Assembly: GCA_026395215.1 (NCBI GenBank) | Contig: JAPLZC010000005.1 | Location: forward strand, 8,392-72,391 | Length of the DNA: 64,000 nucleotides | Direction of reading: 5' to 3' | Origin: Candidatus Staskawiczbacteria bacterium | GTDB lineage: Bacteria > Patescibacteriota > Minisyncoccia > Minisyncoccales > Staskawiczbacteraceae | Shown: in pieces, positions 51,803 through 60,338 of the stretch | How the letters are laid out: the number at the start of each line of letters is the position of its first letter | How positions within the stretch are numbered: position 1 is the stretch's first letter | Notes under the pieces: generated by a model | What the model was told of the DNA's origin: nothing | Seen by the model: the letters and a program-made list of their open reading frames with translations, nothing else | The model's database searches: none | Made by a program: the position numbers and the translations under genes

Positions 51803-53119
51803 TTATTTAATTTCTATGGGTTTTTCTTCGGCTTCGGCATCTACTTGGGTTGGAGTTTCTTCTACTGCTTCGCCGTCTGTGCCAACTTTTTCTTTCTTAC
51901 TTTTCTTTGTTTTCTTTTCTTTTTTTGGCTTTGAATCCGCAGATTCATCCGCCGATGAGGCGGGCTCCCCTTCAACTGGTTCTGCCACAACTTCTGTTGG
52001 TTTAATATCAATTTTCCAGCCGGTTAATTGAGCGGCAAGTCTTACATTTCTACCATCTTTTCCAATAGCCAAGCTAAGCTGATCTTCTGGCACAAAAACA
52101 GTTGCTGTATTTTTATCTTCAACTTTTACACTAACAATTTTGGCAGGAGACAAAGCGTTGGCAATAAATTTCTCCGGTTTTTCCTCCCAAGAAATAACGT
52201 CAATTTTTTCTCCTCCCAATTCATTTATAACTGCCATAATTCTGGTACCCCTTTGTCCAACGCAAGCTCCAATTGGGTCAACTCCCTGCTCATTTGAGAC
52301 AACTGCAATTTTTGTGCGGAAACCCGGCTCTCTGGCAATGGCCTTTACCACAACTGTTCCCGAAGCAACCTCCGGCACTTCCAATTCAAATAATTTAGAA
52401 ACCAATTTTGGATAAGCGCGTGACAGCAAAATAACACTCCCCTTTGGAGAATCTTCCACCTTCAATATATAAAGCTTTAATCTTTGACTTGGTCTATAAA
52501 ACTCTCCCGGAATTTGCTCTTCCCTATTCAAAAGCCCAAGAGTTTTTCCAATGTCCACAAAAACCGTATGGCCCTCAACTCTCTGTACAATTCCCGAAAC
52601 AATTTCCCCTTCTTTAGATTTATATTCTATTGAAATTGTCTCTTTTTCGGCTTCCCTGATTTTTTGCAAAATAACCTGTTTGGCAGTTTGAGCTGCAATT
52701 CTTCCGTAGTCTTGCTTTGAAACCAAAGGAATTTCAATTTCTTCCCCAGCTTTAATTTTAGGATAATCTTTTTTAGCATCGGCCACCATAATATGTTTTT
52801 CCTCGTTGAAAACATATTTTTTGGGTGCTTCCTCTCCAGCCCTTACCTCGTCCTGCGGAATTATTTTGTTTTCCTGCATTTCTTCAATTTCCTCGTCAGT
52901 ATAAAGCATACTTTGGTCTACAACCAATTTTATCTGCCAAAACTGAACATCACCCGATATTGGGTTAAATTTGGCCTTAATCTTTTGCCCCTTCTCGCCA
53001 TAATCTTTTTTGTACGCAGTAGCAATAGCGGCTTCTATAGTCTCTATTACCCTTTCTGGGCTTATTCCCCTCTCCTCCGCAATTTGAGCCAATGCTCCCT
53101 TAAAATTTTTAATATCCAT
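51803..53119 (-). CDS. nusA: Transcription termination/antitermination factor NusA with K/E-rich C-terminal tail
   Basis: N-terminal domain, S1 (GEIVSGIVQRVEG), and KH1/KH2 (GACVGQRGTRI, AIGKDGRNVRLA). Confidence 0.95.
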   Translation of the reverse strand: MDIKNFKGALAQIAEERGISPERVIETIEAAIATAYKKDYGEKGQKIKAKFNPISGDVQFWQIKLVVDQSMLYTDEEIEEMQENKIIPQDEVRAGEEAPKKYVFNEEKHIMVADAKKDYPKIKAGEEIEIPLVSKQDYGRIAAQTAKQVILQKIREAEKETISIEYKSKEGEIVSGIVQRVEGHTVFVDIGKTLGLLNREEQIPGEFYRPSQRLKLYILKVEDSPKGSVILLSRAYPKLVSKLFELEVPEVASGTVVVKAIAREPGFRTKIAVVSNEQGVDPIGACVGQRGTRIMAVINELGGEKIDVISWEEKPEKFIANALSPAKIVSVKVEDKNTATVFVPEDQLSLAIGKDGRNVRLAAQLTGWKIDIKPTEVVAEPVEGEPASSADESADSKPKKEKKTKKSKKEKVGTDGEAVEETPTQVDAEAEEKPIEIK

Positions 53120-53126
53120 AATTATG

Positions 53127-53235
53127 TACGGATTTTCACTGATAAATTACGGATTTCCACTAATCACGAATTTATAATATCTGTGATCTGTGCAAATCTG
53201 TTTTTAATCTGTGCAAATTTGTTTAATATTTTTTG
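53127..53235. repeat. ACGGATTT/ACAGATTT oligomer cluster upstream of nusA
   Basis: TACGGATTTTCAC, TACGGATTTCCAC, ATCTGTGATCTGTGCAAATCTGT, AATCTGTGCAAATTTGT. Confidence 0.6.
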
Positions 53236-53377
53236 AAAAAAAATATCCGTGGTCAGACGGACAAATAATCTTTCTTATCTTACTTCCAGTTTAGCAAACC
53301 CAAGTGTTGTTGTCAACTGTTGCAAAATTCAATACTGCATGTTAATTTATACCTAACAACACAAAAGGAGTTTTCTT

Positions 53378-53581
53378 ATGGCTGCGCTCAAAAGTTGCAT
53401 TTACGAATTAAAATGCAAATGTGGCGAAACTATAGTACTTGAGGTACCGGTCGATCCAAATATTGGTTCGCAAGAACGCCTCCGCGCCATGGCTCTTACT
53501 CAGGGCTGGGATGCGGGCCTTGACCCGTGCGGCAGTGAGCCAACCGATATTTGCCCCAAATGCATTGGCGCAAGTGACTAG
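53378..53581 (+). CDS. 67-aa Cys-rich (zinc-ribbon-like) protein, GC-rich island D
   Basis: AAAAGGAG Shine-Dalgarno sequence. CKCGE...CPKC pairs. Terminator GGGGTTTCGCATCGCGAACCCC plus T9 at 53602-53640. Confidence 0.5.
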   Translation: MAALKSCIYELKCKCGETIVLEVPVDPNIGSQERLRAMALTQGWDAGLDPCGSEPTDICPKCIGASD

Positions 53582-53635
53582 GAAGCAATTTTTTGTGGAG
53601 AGGGGTTTCGCATCGCGAACCCCATTTTTTTTTAC

Positions 53636-53762
53636 AAAAAAAGAAGCACTCGTGAGAGTGCCTGGGCGAAGATGGTTTGAGTGGGTTGTGTTGTTGGGGG
53701 GGGATGACAGCAATGCTGTCGGTGTTGGGGTCGTTTGGTGATCGAACTCTCAATGTTCTGGT
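53636..53762 (-). ncRNA. Candidate C/A-rich small RNA
   Basis: Minus-strand TTGACA (53792-53797), 17 nt spacer, TATACT (53769-53774). About 125 nt with no ATG, containing the GACAGC-ATT-GCTGTC hairpin, a CCCCCCC run and the terminator GCACTC-TCAC-GAGTGC plus T-run. Confidence 0.3.
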
Positions 53763-53855
53763 GAGTTAAGTATATTTTAATTAAAGAACCTTGTCAATGA
53801 GCCCAACTGTGGATAACTTTTCTGCACTAAGCATGGCAGAAAATAAAGAAGAAGG

Positions 53856-53884
53856 TTGACATTGGTTCTTGGCGTTGATAGAAT
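53856..53884 (+). promoter_or_regulatory. Promoter of the HTH gene
   Basis: TTGACA (53856-53861), 17 nt spacer, TAGAAT (53879-53884). The palindrome array starts about 12 nt downstream. Confidence 0.55.
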
Positions 53885-53895
53885 TAAGTAATAAA

Positions 53896-53977
53896 ACCGC
53901 TTAAGCGCTACCGCTTAAGCGCCCCCCCACCGCTTAAGCGGTACAGCTTAAGCGGTACCCCAAACCGCTTAAGCGGT
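53896..53977. promoter_or_regulatory. Array of five 14-bp ACCGCTTAAGCGGT palindromes (operator/iteron-like)
   Basis: Copies at 53896, 53910, 53929, 53943 and 53964. Those at 53929 and 53964 are perfect. Two pairs are directly abutted. Confidence 0.7.
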
Positions 53978-53999
53978 ATACTAGCTAAAACCAAAAAAA

Positions 54000-54680
54000 A
54001 TGACTACAAATGAGTTTCTAACAATCCAAGAATTTATCCAAAAATATGATGTTGCTGACATCAGAATTAGAAGAAGAATCAGAAAGTATAGATTAGTTGA
54101 TCCCCAGAAATTAGAGGGGAATTTGAGTGAAAGGCATGATAAGGGGGTTGGAAATATTATTCTTTTAAAAGAAGATTTTTGGGTAAAAGAATTGGAGATA
54201 TCGGCTCAAGAAACCGCCTATGCGGTACCGCTTAAGCGGTCGGACGAAAATGACCAAAACCGCTTAAGCGGTACCCCCGAACCGCTTAAGCGGTCCGAGG
54301 AAATTGAGCCAAACCGCTTAAGCGCTACCGCCTATGCGCCCGCTCCAGGACAGGTGACTGTTGACCAAGAATTCCTAGAAATACTAAAAGAAGACCGGGC
54401 TGAAAAAAAGGACTGGATTAAAAAATACGAGTCCCTACTTGTTGACTACAAAGATAAAGATAAAGAATTAGTAGAAAGAGAAAAGTTCATGCACGGTTTA
54501 ATTGAAAAAATAATAACCGATGCAAGAAACACAAAACAACTATTAGCTTCACAAATCAACCATCTCCAAAAACAACTCCATGCCCCCAAAAAAAACCCGC
54601 CTTTCAGCGAAGCAGGGGAGGAGTCTGAACCCGAAGATGGCAATTTTACAGAAACCGAAAAATCCGACAAAAGCGCTTAG
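54000..54680 (+). CDS. HTH (excisionase/MerR-like N-terminus) + coiled-coil protein
   Basis: N-terminus reads LTIQEFIQKYDVADIRIRRRIRK. The central region is encoded by palindrome copies (PLKRS / NRLSG). C-terminal coiled coil. Terminator at 54735-54768. Confidence 0.55.
   Translation: MTTNEFLTIQEFIQKYDVADIRIRRRIRKYRLVDPQKLEGNLSERHDKGVGNIILLKEDFWVKELEISAQETAYAVPLKRSDENDQNRLSGTPEPLKRSEEIEPNRLSATAYAPAPGQVTVDQEFLEILKEDRAEKKDWIKKYESLLVDYKDKDKELVEREKFMHGLIEKIITDARNTKQLLASQINHLQKQLHAPKKNPPFSEAGEESEPEDGNFTETEKSDKSA
54213..54340. repeat. Intragenic array of the same palindrome (4 copies + 2 CCGCCTATGCG variants)
   Basis: Copies at 54227, 54259 and 54281 are perfect; the copy at 54313 ends in GCGCT. 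Variants lie at 54213 and 54327. Confidence 0.7.
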
Positions 54681-54772
54681 CGCATTTTGACGGACCCGTC
54701 ACAATTCCCGCAAAGCGGGATTTGGTCGGGGACAAAAAACCCGCTTAATGCGGGTTTTTTTAGTGAGACAAT

Positions 54773-54953
54773 AAGCTTTCCAAGAGCGAGGAAATGAATT
54801 TTAAAGGCACCTTCGGAGCATCGCCAGCATGGTTTTCGCAACAGCGAAATGGCGAGGCGAGAATGAGGCGCGTCCCGCCGCTGGGCGGGACGACGCCGGT
54901 GCCGACTAAAATTTATTTCCGAGCGATGTTAGCTGGAAATTTACTGCCGAGCG
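54773..54953 (+). repeat. GA-hairpin repeat element, copy E8
   Basis: Core is collinear with E4. An additional right half-layer GGAAATTTACTGCCGAGCG pairs with a degenerate left partner GTGAGACAATAAGCTTTCC. Confidence 0.75.
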
Positions 54954-54957
54954 TCAG

Positions 54958-55350
54958 CTAAGAGACTATATTCTCGTGGTGGGTGAGGCGAGAGACAGAG
55001 AAATCAGGTTCAAGTACAATGCAGATGGCATCTATTCTCTGTGGACCCTCCCACTTTTTAAAGCCTGCGTAGCTTTTGGCGTTTTGCAAAACCTTCCAAA
55101 GCTTGGCCCTATTTATTGTGTCCTCGGGCGTACCCCATTGTTCACCCACTTTTGTCCTCACCTCAACAAACACCAACGTTTCTTTGCCAAAAACCCTACC
55201 CAGTTTACCCTGAGCCGGGCGAAGGGCCACCAAATCAATCTCCGCATACTTAGTCTTATAATTCTGTTCCAAAATCTTCCACCCTTCTTTCTCTAAGTAT
55301 TTGCGCGCCAAATCCTCCCCAATTTTCCCCACATAATTATGCTCCGCCAT
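54958..55350 (-). CDS. yraN: YraN-family (UPF0102) endonuclease-like protein with GC-rich in-frame insert
   Basis: GKIGEDLARKYLEKEGWKILEQNY..EIDLVA..LVFVEVRT. Insert ..RPAQGKLG.. comes from 55208-55226. Confidence 0.8.
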   Translation of the reverse strand: MAEHNYVGKIGEDLARKYLEKEGWKILEQNYKTKYAEIDLVALRPAQGKLGRVFGKETLVFVEVRTKVGEQWGTPEDTINRAKLWKVLQNAKSYAGFKKWEGPQRIDAICIVLEPDFSVSRLTHHENIVS

Positions 55351-55432
55351 AAATTTAATTATTATTTTATTCTATTATAACAAAAAGACCCGTTAGTTAG
55401 CAGGTCTTCGTTACGGGATCATTATTTTCCTT

Positions 55433-55762
55433 TTAGTGGATGTTAGGATAGTAAACTTTCTCAATCATGAACAAACCAATAAGAGACAGAACAATTAAGA
55501 TAAAAACAATCGTAAGTATAATCCCTATAATTTTTCCTACCCTCGATGACTGTTTAATATCAAAAAAACTCCAAATAATATAGATTGGAATAAAAAAACA
55601 AAAAAATCCGACAATAATTCCAGTTATCAAACTTTGCGTGGCAATATCCGAGGAACAGTCAAAACACATCCACCAGCCAGCGCTTGAAGACAAAATAATC
55701 CCACCAATTACACTGATAATAAGTGTGGCCATCCCCTTTATTTTCGTGATACCAAAATTCAT
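55433..55762 (-). CDS. Small integral membrane protein
   Basis: 109 aa with 3 hydrophobic segments. Confidence 0.45.
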   Translation of the reverse strand: MNFGITKIKGMATLIISVIGGIILSSSAGWWMCFDCSSDIATQSLITGIIVGFFCFFIPIYIIWSFFDIKQSSRVGKIIGIILTIVFILIVLSLIGLFMIEKVYYPNIH

Positions 55763-55823
55763 ATTTTTTTTAACTTAATTATATTATTAAATTTTATATT
55801 ATTCTCACAGAATGGCGAAGTCA

Positions 55824-55837
55824 ACCGCTTAAGCGGT
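55824..55837. promoter_or_regulatory. Isolated perfect ACCGCTTAAGCGGT palindrome
   Basis: Lies 5 nt downstream of the comM stop and about 60 nt upstream of the 55762 start. Confidence 0.6.
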
Positions 55838-55842
55838 GGCGA

Positions 55843-57378
55843 CTAGGCGGTTTCGAAGTTGCGGGGGGAGTACTGTAGGGCTTCGGCCATGTGGGGGACT
55901 GTGATTTCTTCGGAGCCGGCTAGGTCGGCAATGGTGCGGGAAACTTTAATCATTTTCATATAACTTCTGGCCGACAAGTTGAATTTCAAACTTGCCTGTC
56001 TTAAAATTTCCTCAACATCTTTTGCCAGTTTGCAATACTTTTTAATATGACTGTTTTTCATTTGGCTGTTGGCGCAAATTATTTCGTCTGCAAAGCGGAC
56101 TTCTTGTTTTTCCCTTGCCTGCATAACTCTCTGCCGTATTTTTTCCGATGACTCCAAAAACTCAGAACCTGCTTGATTGTCCTTAAAATCTGAAGCATCA
56201 ACTGGCATAATAGAAATATGCAAATCTATTCTATCTAAAATTGGGCCAGAAATTCTTTTTTGATATTTTGCAATTTGGTTTGGTCCACAAGTGCAACTTT
56301 TTTTAGGATGCATTGCATAACCGCAAGGGCAGGGGTTGGCACTAGCAACAAGCATAAAATCAGCAGGATAAGTAATACGTTGTTTACTTCTTGAAATTGT
56401 TAAATAACCATCTTCTAATGGTTGGCGAAGTGCCTCCATAATTGCTCGTGGAAATTCATTAAATTCATCTAAAAATAATACACCTCTGTGAGCCAAACTT
56501 ATTTCACCGGGCTGTGGCTTGCTTCCTCCGCCAACCAATCCTGCCAAACTGGCTGTGTGGTGGGGAGCTCTAAATTGTCTGGCTGTAATTAAACTTCCAC
56601 CCGGTGGAATTCCACCAGAAGCAGAAAATATTTTTGTAACTTCCAAAGATTCCGGTTCATTTAAAGGTGGTAAAATTCCTGGCAATGCGCGAGCCAACAT
56701 TGTTTTACCAGACCCTGGACTGCCTACCATAATTATATTGTGGCCACCGGCTGCCGCAATTTCCATGGCTCTTTTGGCTTGCTCTTGGCCCAAAACTTCT
56801 TTCATATCAAACTCAACATGCGTTGTTTTTTCTTCTTTACCCTGTTTGTAAACAATTGGAATAATTTCTTCTTGCCCCAAAAAGTGTCTGCAAAGTTGGC
56901 CAATATCTGTAACAGGAAAAACTTTTATTCCTTTTATGGCGGCGGCCTCATTGGCTGAATCTTTTGGCACATACAAATTTGTATATCCTGACTCTTTCGC
57001 AAAAAGCGCCATTAGAAAAGCTCCTTTAGTGTGACGCAAACTTCCATCAAATGACAGCTCTCCCAAAAACAAAGACTTCTCAGGAATTTTAAATTCAAGC
57101 ACACTACTCAAAATTCCCAAAGCAATTGGCAAGTCATACATAGACCCTTCTTTTGGCACATCGGCCGGCGCCATGTTTACAGTAATTTTTTTCTGTGGAA
57201 AATCCACATCCGAACTTTGTATTGCGGTCCTCACTCTTTCTTTACTTTCATCCACCGCCTTCCCAGCCAGCCCCACAATCTCAAACCCCGGCAACCCCTT
57301 ATTAGCCAAATTAATTTCAATATCAACCTTTATTGTTTCCAACCCCAAATTAACCACACTCGGCACTTTAATTAACAT
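55843..57378 (-). CDS. comM: YifB/ComM-family Mg-chelatase-like AAA+ ATPase
   Basis: N-terminal Lon-like domain, Walker A GSPGSGKT, LFLDEFNEF, and a C-terminal zinc-ribbon-like ANPCPCG. 511 aa. Confidence 0.9.
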   Translation of the reverse strand: MLIKVPSVVNLGLETIKVDIEINLANKGLPGFEIVGLAGKAVDESKERVRTAIQSSDVDFPQKKITVNMAPADVPKEGSMYDLPIALGILSSVLEFKIPEKSLFLGELSFDGSLRHTKGAFLMALFAKESGYTNLYVPKDSANEAAAIKGIKVFPVTDIGQLCRHFLGQEEIIPIVYKQGKEEKTTHVEFDMKEVLGQEQAKRAMEIAAAGGHNIIMVGSPGSGKTMLARALPGILPPLNEPESLEVTKIFSASGGIPPGGSLITARQFRAPHHTASLAGLVGGGSKPQPGEISLAHRGVLFLDEFNEFPRAIMEALRQPLEDGYLTISRSKQRITYPADFMLVASANPCPCGYAMHPKKSCTCGPNQIAKYQKRISGPILDRIDLHISIMPVDASDFKDNQAGSEFLESSEKIRQRVMQAREKQEVRFADEIICANSQMKNSHIKKYCKLAKDVEEILRQASLKFNLSARSYMKMIKVSRTIADLAGSEEITVPHMAEALQYSPRNFETA

Positions 57379-57421
57379 ATTATTTATTTCTTAGATTTAA
57401 TTTTAAAAAAACACTCAAATT

Positions 57422-57841
57422 TTAGGAATGAGCTTCTTTTGTAAAAAATCCTTTAATTAAATTGAACCAGGCGACAAGAACACAAATAAACCAAATAAAA
57501 ATCGGGACAGCCATCACAATAAGTGGAGCTATGCTGGGTGAATTATTATCTGATAAACTCCCTTCTACAAGAATGGCCCATACAATGCCAAATAATGAGA
57601 CATAAGAAAATATAAAACTATTTTTATATTCTTTTTTATTAAATTCTTTTCCTGCTATTAAAATCAATACCTGCGATAGAAACAGAATAACAAAGCAAAT
57701 AGTAAAAACCATTGCCGGCACATTGAGGTTGAAAATCAAAAGATCGTAAATATAGCTATTGAACACTAGCACTCCAAAACCAATATTAACTAGAAAAATT
57801 ATTATAGAATTAAGCAAAAAATTTATTCTAGAAATTTTCAT
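57422..57841 (-). CDS. Small integral membrane protein
   Basis: 139 aa with 4 hydrophobic segments. Confidence 0.45.
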   Translation of the reverse strand: MKISRINFLLNSIIIFLVNIGFGVLVFNSYIYDLLIFNLNVPAMVFTICFVILFLSQVLILIAGKEFNKKEYKNSFIFSYVSLFGIVWAILVEGSLSDNNSPSIAPLIVMAVPIFIWFICVLVAWFNLIKGFFTKEAHS

Positions 57842-57862
57842 TTTGTTTTAACGCCTTGAGAT

Positions 57863-57890
57863 ACCGCTTAAGCGGTCCCGCATAAGCGCT
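57863..57890. promoter_or_regulatory. Perfect ACCGCTTAAGCGGT palindrome abutted by the CCCGCATAAGCGCT variant
   Basis: Lies 29 nt downstream of the dprA stop and 21 nt upstream of the 57841 start. Confidence 0.6.
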
Positions 57891-57919
57891 TATTAATTTT
57901 ATTTATTATTTAATTTTAA

Positions 57920-58828
57920 CTAATTAATATAATATTTACCACCTTCTAAATTTATAAAACCCTTCAACTGCATTAGCGATAGGGAAGTGCCCAGCTGGGC
58001 GACGGGGACAGCAAAGAGACGCGCCATTTCATCGGCTTTGAGTGGTTCGCGCCTTAACTGATTAATTATTTTTTCTTCGAGAGTGCCAGTCGGTGGGATG
58101 TCCGACATCCCACCATTTGATGCTGACGGTTTTTTTGCTGACGGCAAAATTTTGAAAAAATCTAAAATTTGTTTGGCTTCGGTGATTGGCTCGGCGCCCT
58201 CTTTGATTAGTTTTATTGTGCCTTTGGAAAGTTCACTGGTTATGGGGCCGGGGATAGCAAAAATTTTTCTGCCAAATTTTTTGGCATAACTGGCGGTAAT
58301 TAGACTTCCAGACTCTAGGGCGGCTTCTGTAACTAAAACAGCTTTGCATAATCCGGCTACAATTCTATCGCGTTGAACATAAGTCCACTGTTGCGGTTGG
58401 TCTAAGTCTGGGTATTCTGAAATAATTAAACCACCTTTTTCTAAAATTTCTTGATAAAGTTTTTTTTGGGTTTCAGGATGTATTCTGTCTATTCCACAAG
58501 GCATAACTGCAATTGTTTTGCCTGCCCGGCCAGGGCCCCCGCATTTTACAGCAGCTGAGTGGGCTGCTTCATCACCTCCATACATAAACCCAGAAACAAT
58601 TGTAATACCGGCAGCCGCACATTCTGTTACCAATTGCTCAGTAGCTTTTCTGCCGTAATAAGTTAAGTGCCGTGATCCCACCACCGCTAAGCAATTTTCA
58701 AAAATCTCGGGGCTCCAATTTCCCTTATAATACAATTTTTTTGGACCCAAACTTCCAGTAAGATTTTTGAGAGCCTCTTTTAACCGCTGAGGATATTTTT
58801 TATCGTCAATTTCTACAGTTTCTGCCAT
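57920..58828 (-). CDS. dprA: DNA-processing protein DprA
   Basis: AVVGSRHLTYYG, GITIVSGFMYGGDEAAH, TIAVMPCGID and a C-terminal winged-helix-like tail. Confidence 0.9.
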   Translation of the reverse strand: MAETVEIDDKKYPQRLKEALKNLTGSLGPKKLYYKGNWSPEIFENCLAVVGSRHLTYYGRKATEQLVTECAAAGITIVSGFMYGGDEAAHSAAVKCGGPGRAGKTIAVMPCGIDRIHPETQKKLYQEILEKGGLIISEYPDLDQPQQWTYVQRDRIVAGLCKAVLVTEAALESGSLITASYAKKFGRKIFAIPGPITSELSKGTIKLIKEGAEPITEAKQILDFFKILPSAKKPSASNGGMSDIPPTGTLEEKIINQLRREPLKADEMARLFAVPVAQLGTSLSLMQLKGFINLEGGKYYIN

Positions 58829-58852
58829 CTTTATTTACAGGGTTATACACAC

Positions 58853-59788
58853 TTACTTCACAGTATTTAGCGGTCGATAAATCTGTTTGTCTATTGTGCG
58901 TTCAAAACAAGTCCTGCCAACCTGGTGGTCCCAGTTTTGACTTATATCTGAACCTACAGGATATGGATATGCCATTTTGGGATTATTTGCTTGGCTTGGT
59001 TTGTTAAACACGGCGCACAATTCAAAAGATAAAGTTGTGGCATTTAATATGTTGTATTCATAAGCAACGTTAGTTTGTGGGTCATTTGGAACGGTATAGC
59101 CAGAAATTTTATCATTTAAGTCTGTTAAGTTTGTCGGCAATTTTTCTTTACCCTGCCAATACTTAACAACTTCCCATTGTACTCCAGTTAAATCACTTAT
59201 TTTTTGCTGGTCAAACTGTACAAGCCTTGCTGTGGCAGGCGATCCAATTATAAAGAATGACCCAACTATGGCAATTAAAACTAACGCACTGGTTGCCCAC
59301 GCAAATGGCTTGGCTAACTTTGTAGGAGTATCTTTTCTGACGTCATCTAAATAATATCCAAAAATAATTCCTGCTACCAAAATTATAGACAAAGCTTTTA
59401 AAATAAACCTTATTGTTATCTCACCGGTCAAAAGTGTGTTTATGGTACTAACCAAATCTCCAATAATTACCAATGACGCAATAAACAAAGTTAAATAAAT
59501 TAACCATTTTCTTATTTTAGATTCTCTGACCACTGCCTCTCTACTATATAGTTTATTTAAATACCATGAGACACAAATAAATACCGGGAAAACAATTACC
59601 AAAGAAGAAACTGCCATTCTTATTGTTCCGTTAAAACCTTCGTAATAAAAATTAAGCGCGTCCGGGAAAAAATAATTTATAAACTGCCACATCAACATTA
59701 TAAAAGTCACTGCCGACCAGTACAACGTCACCACCGCCAAAAGATGTAAAAACAAATCTCTCGGAATATTTCTTTTAATTTCTTCCAT
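58853..59788 (-). CDS. DUF5671-family membrane protein
   Basis: ATG 59788 (MEEIKRNIPRDLFLHLLAVVTLYWSAVTFIMLMWQFINYFFPD). Six TM segments and a C-terminal extracellular domain. Confidence 0.65.
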   Translation of the reverse strand: MEEIKRNIPRDLFLHLLAVVTLYWSAVTFIMLMWQFINYFFPDALNFYYEGFNGTIRMAVSSLVIVFPVFICVSWYLNKLYSREAVVRESKIRKWLIYLTLFIASLVIIGDLVSTINTLLTGEITIRFILKALSIILVAGIIFGYYLDDVRKDTPTKLAKPFAWATSALVLIAIVGSFFIIGSPATARLVQFDQQKISDLTGVQWEVVKYWQGKEKLPTNLTDLNDKISGYTVPNDPQTNVAYEYNILNATTLSFELCAVFNKPSQANNPKMAYPYPVGSDISQNWDHQVGRTCFERTIDKQIYRPLNTVK

Positions 59789-59794
59789 TTTACG

Positions 59795-59890
59795 GATTAC
59801 AACAAATTTCAAAACGGATTTTCGCGAATCACAGATTTTTCATATCCGTGATCTGTGTGAATCCGTTATTTATCTGTGTAAATCTGTTTT
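59795..59890. repeat. ACGGATT/ACAGATT oligomer cluster
   Basis: TACGGATTAC, AACGGATTTTCGCGAATCACAGATTT, ATCCGTGATCTGTGTGAATCCGT, ATCTGTGTAAATCTGT. Confidence 0.6.
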
Positions 59891-60330
59891 AATAAATAAT
59901 TCTTTATCATTTTGGCGCTGGGCAAAAACATGTTGTGGGGGAGACTGTCTAAATTATACCATTTCCATTCACTTATTTCCTCGGGCTCCATTGCCTTTAG
60001 CTCACCGGTAAAATCTTTGCACAAAAATCCAGCTGTCACATAATGTGTGTCTGGTCTTATTTCATCTGTGATGCTCAACAAAATTGTTTTACTTTTGTCT
60101 GCTGTTAAATTGGTTTCTTCTTTTAGCTCTCTTATAGCTCCGTCTATTATAGTTTCTCCAAACTCCAATTTTCCTCCGGGAAAAGTCCAACAACCCTCGC
60201 CATGCAAATCACTGCTAGCTTTAATGGGGTCGTCAATCCTGTGCCCAAGCAAAACCTCCCCCTTATTATTAAGAACCATCATACCTACTCCAACTTTAGC
60301 CTGCCCGGCCAGGGGTTTTAGATTTTCCAT
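59866..60330 (-). CDS. NUDIX hydrolase
   Basis: Nudix box GGKLEFGETIIDGAIRELKEETNL. Confidence 0.9.
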   Translation of the reverse strand: MENLKPLAGQAKVGVGMMVLNNKGEVLLGHRIDDPIKASSDLHGEGCWTFPGGKLEFGETIIDGAIRELKEETNLTADKSKTILLSITDEIRPDTHYVTAGFLCKDFTGELKAMEPEEISEWKWYNLDSLPHNMFLPSAKMIKNYLLKQIYTDK

Positions 60331-60338
60331 ATATTTTA

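Noticed and set aside
53408-53753. Minus-strand ORFs 53408-53713 and 53496-53753
   Set aside because: They start with non-ATG codons, run through two terminator hairpins and overlap the plus-strand Cys-rich ORF. The region is better explained as a non-coding transcript.
53896-54340. Palindrome array considered as a CRISPR array
   Set aside because: The repeats are only 14 bp and several are directly abutted without spacers. Other spacings are irregular (5-22 nt), copies lie within a coding sequence, and no cas genes are present in the window.
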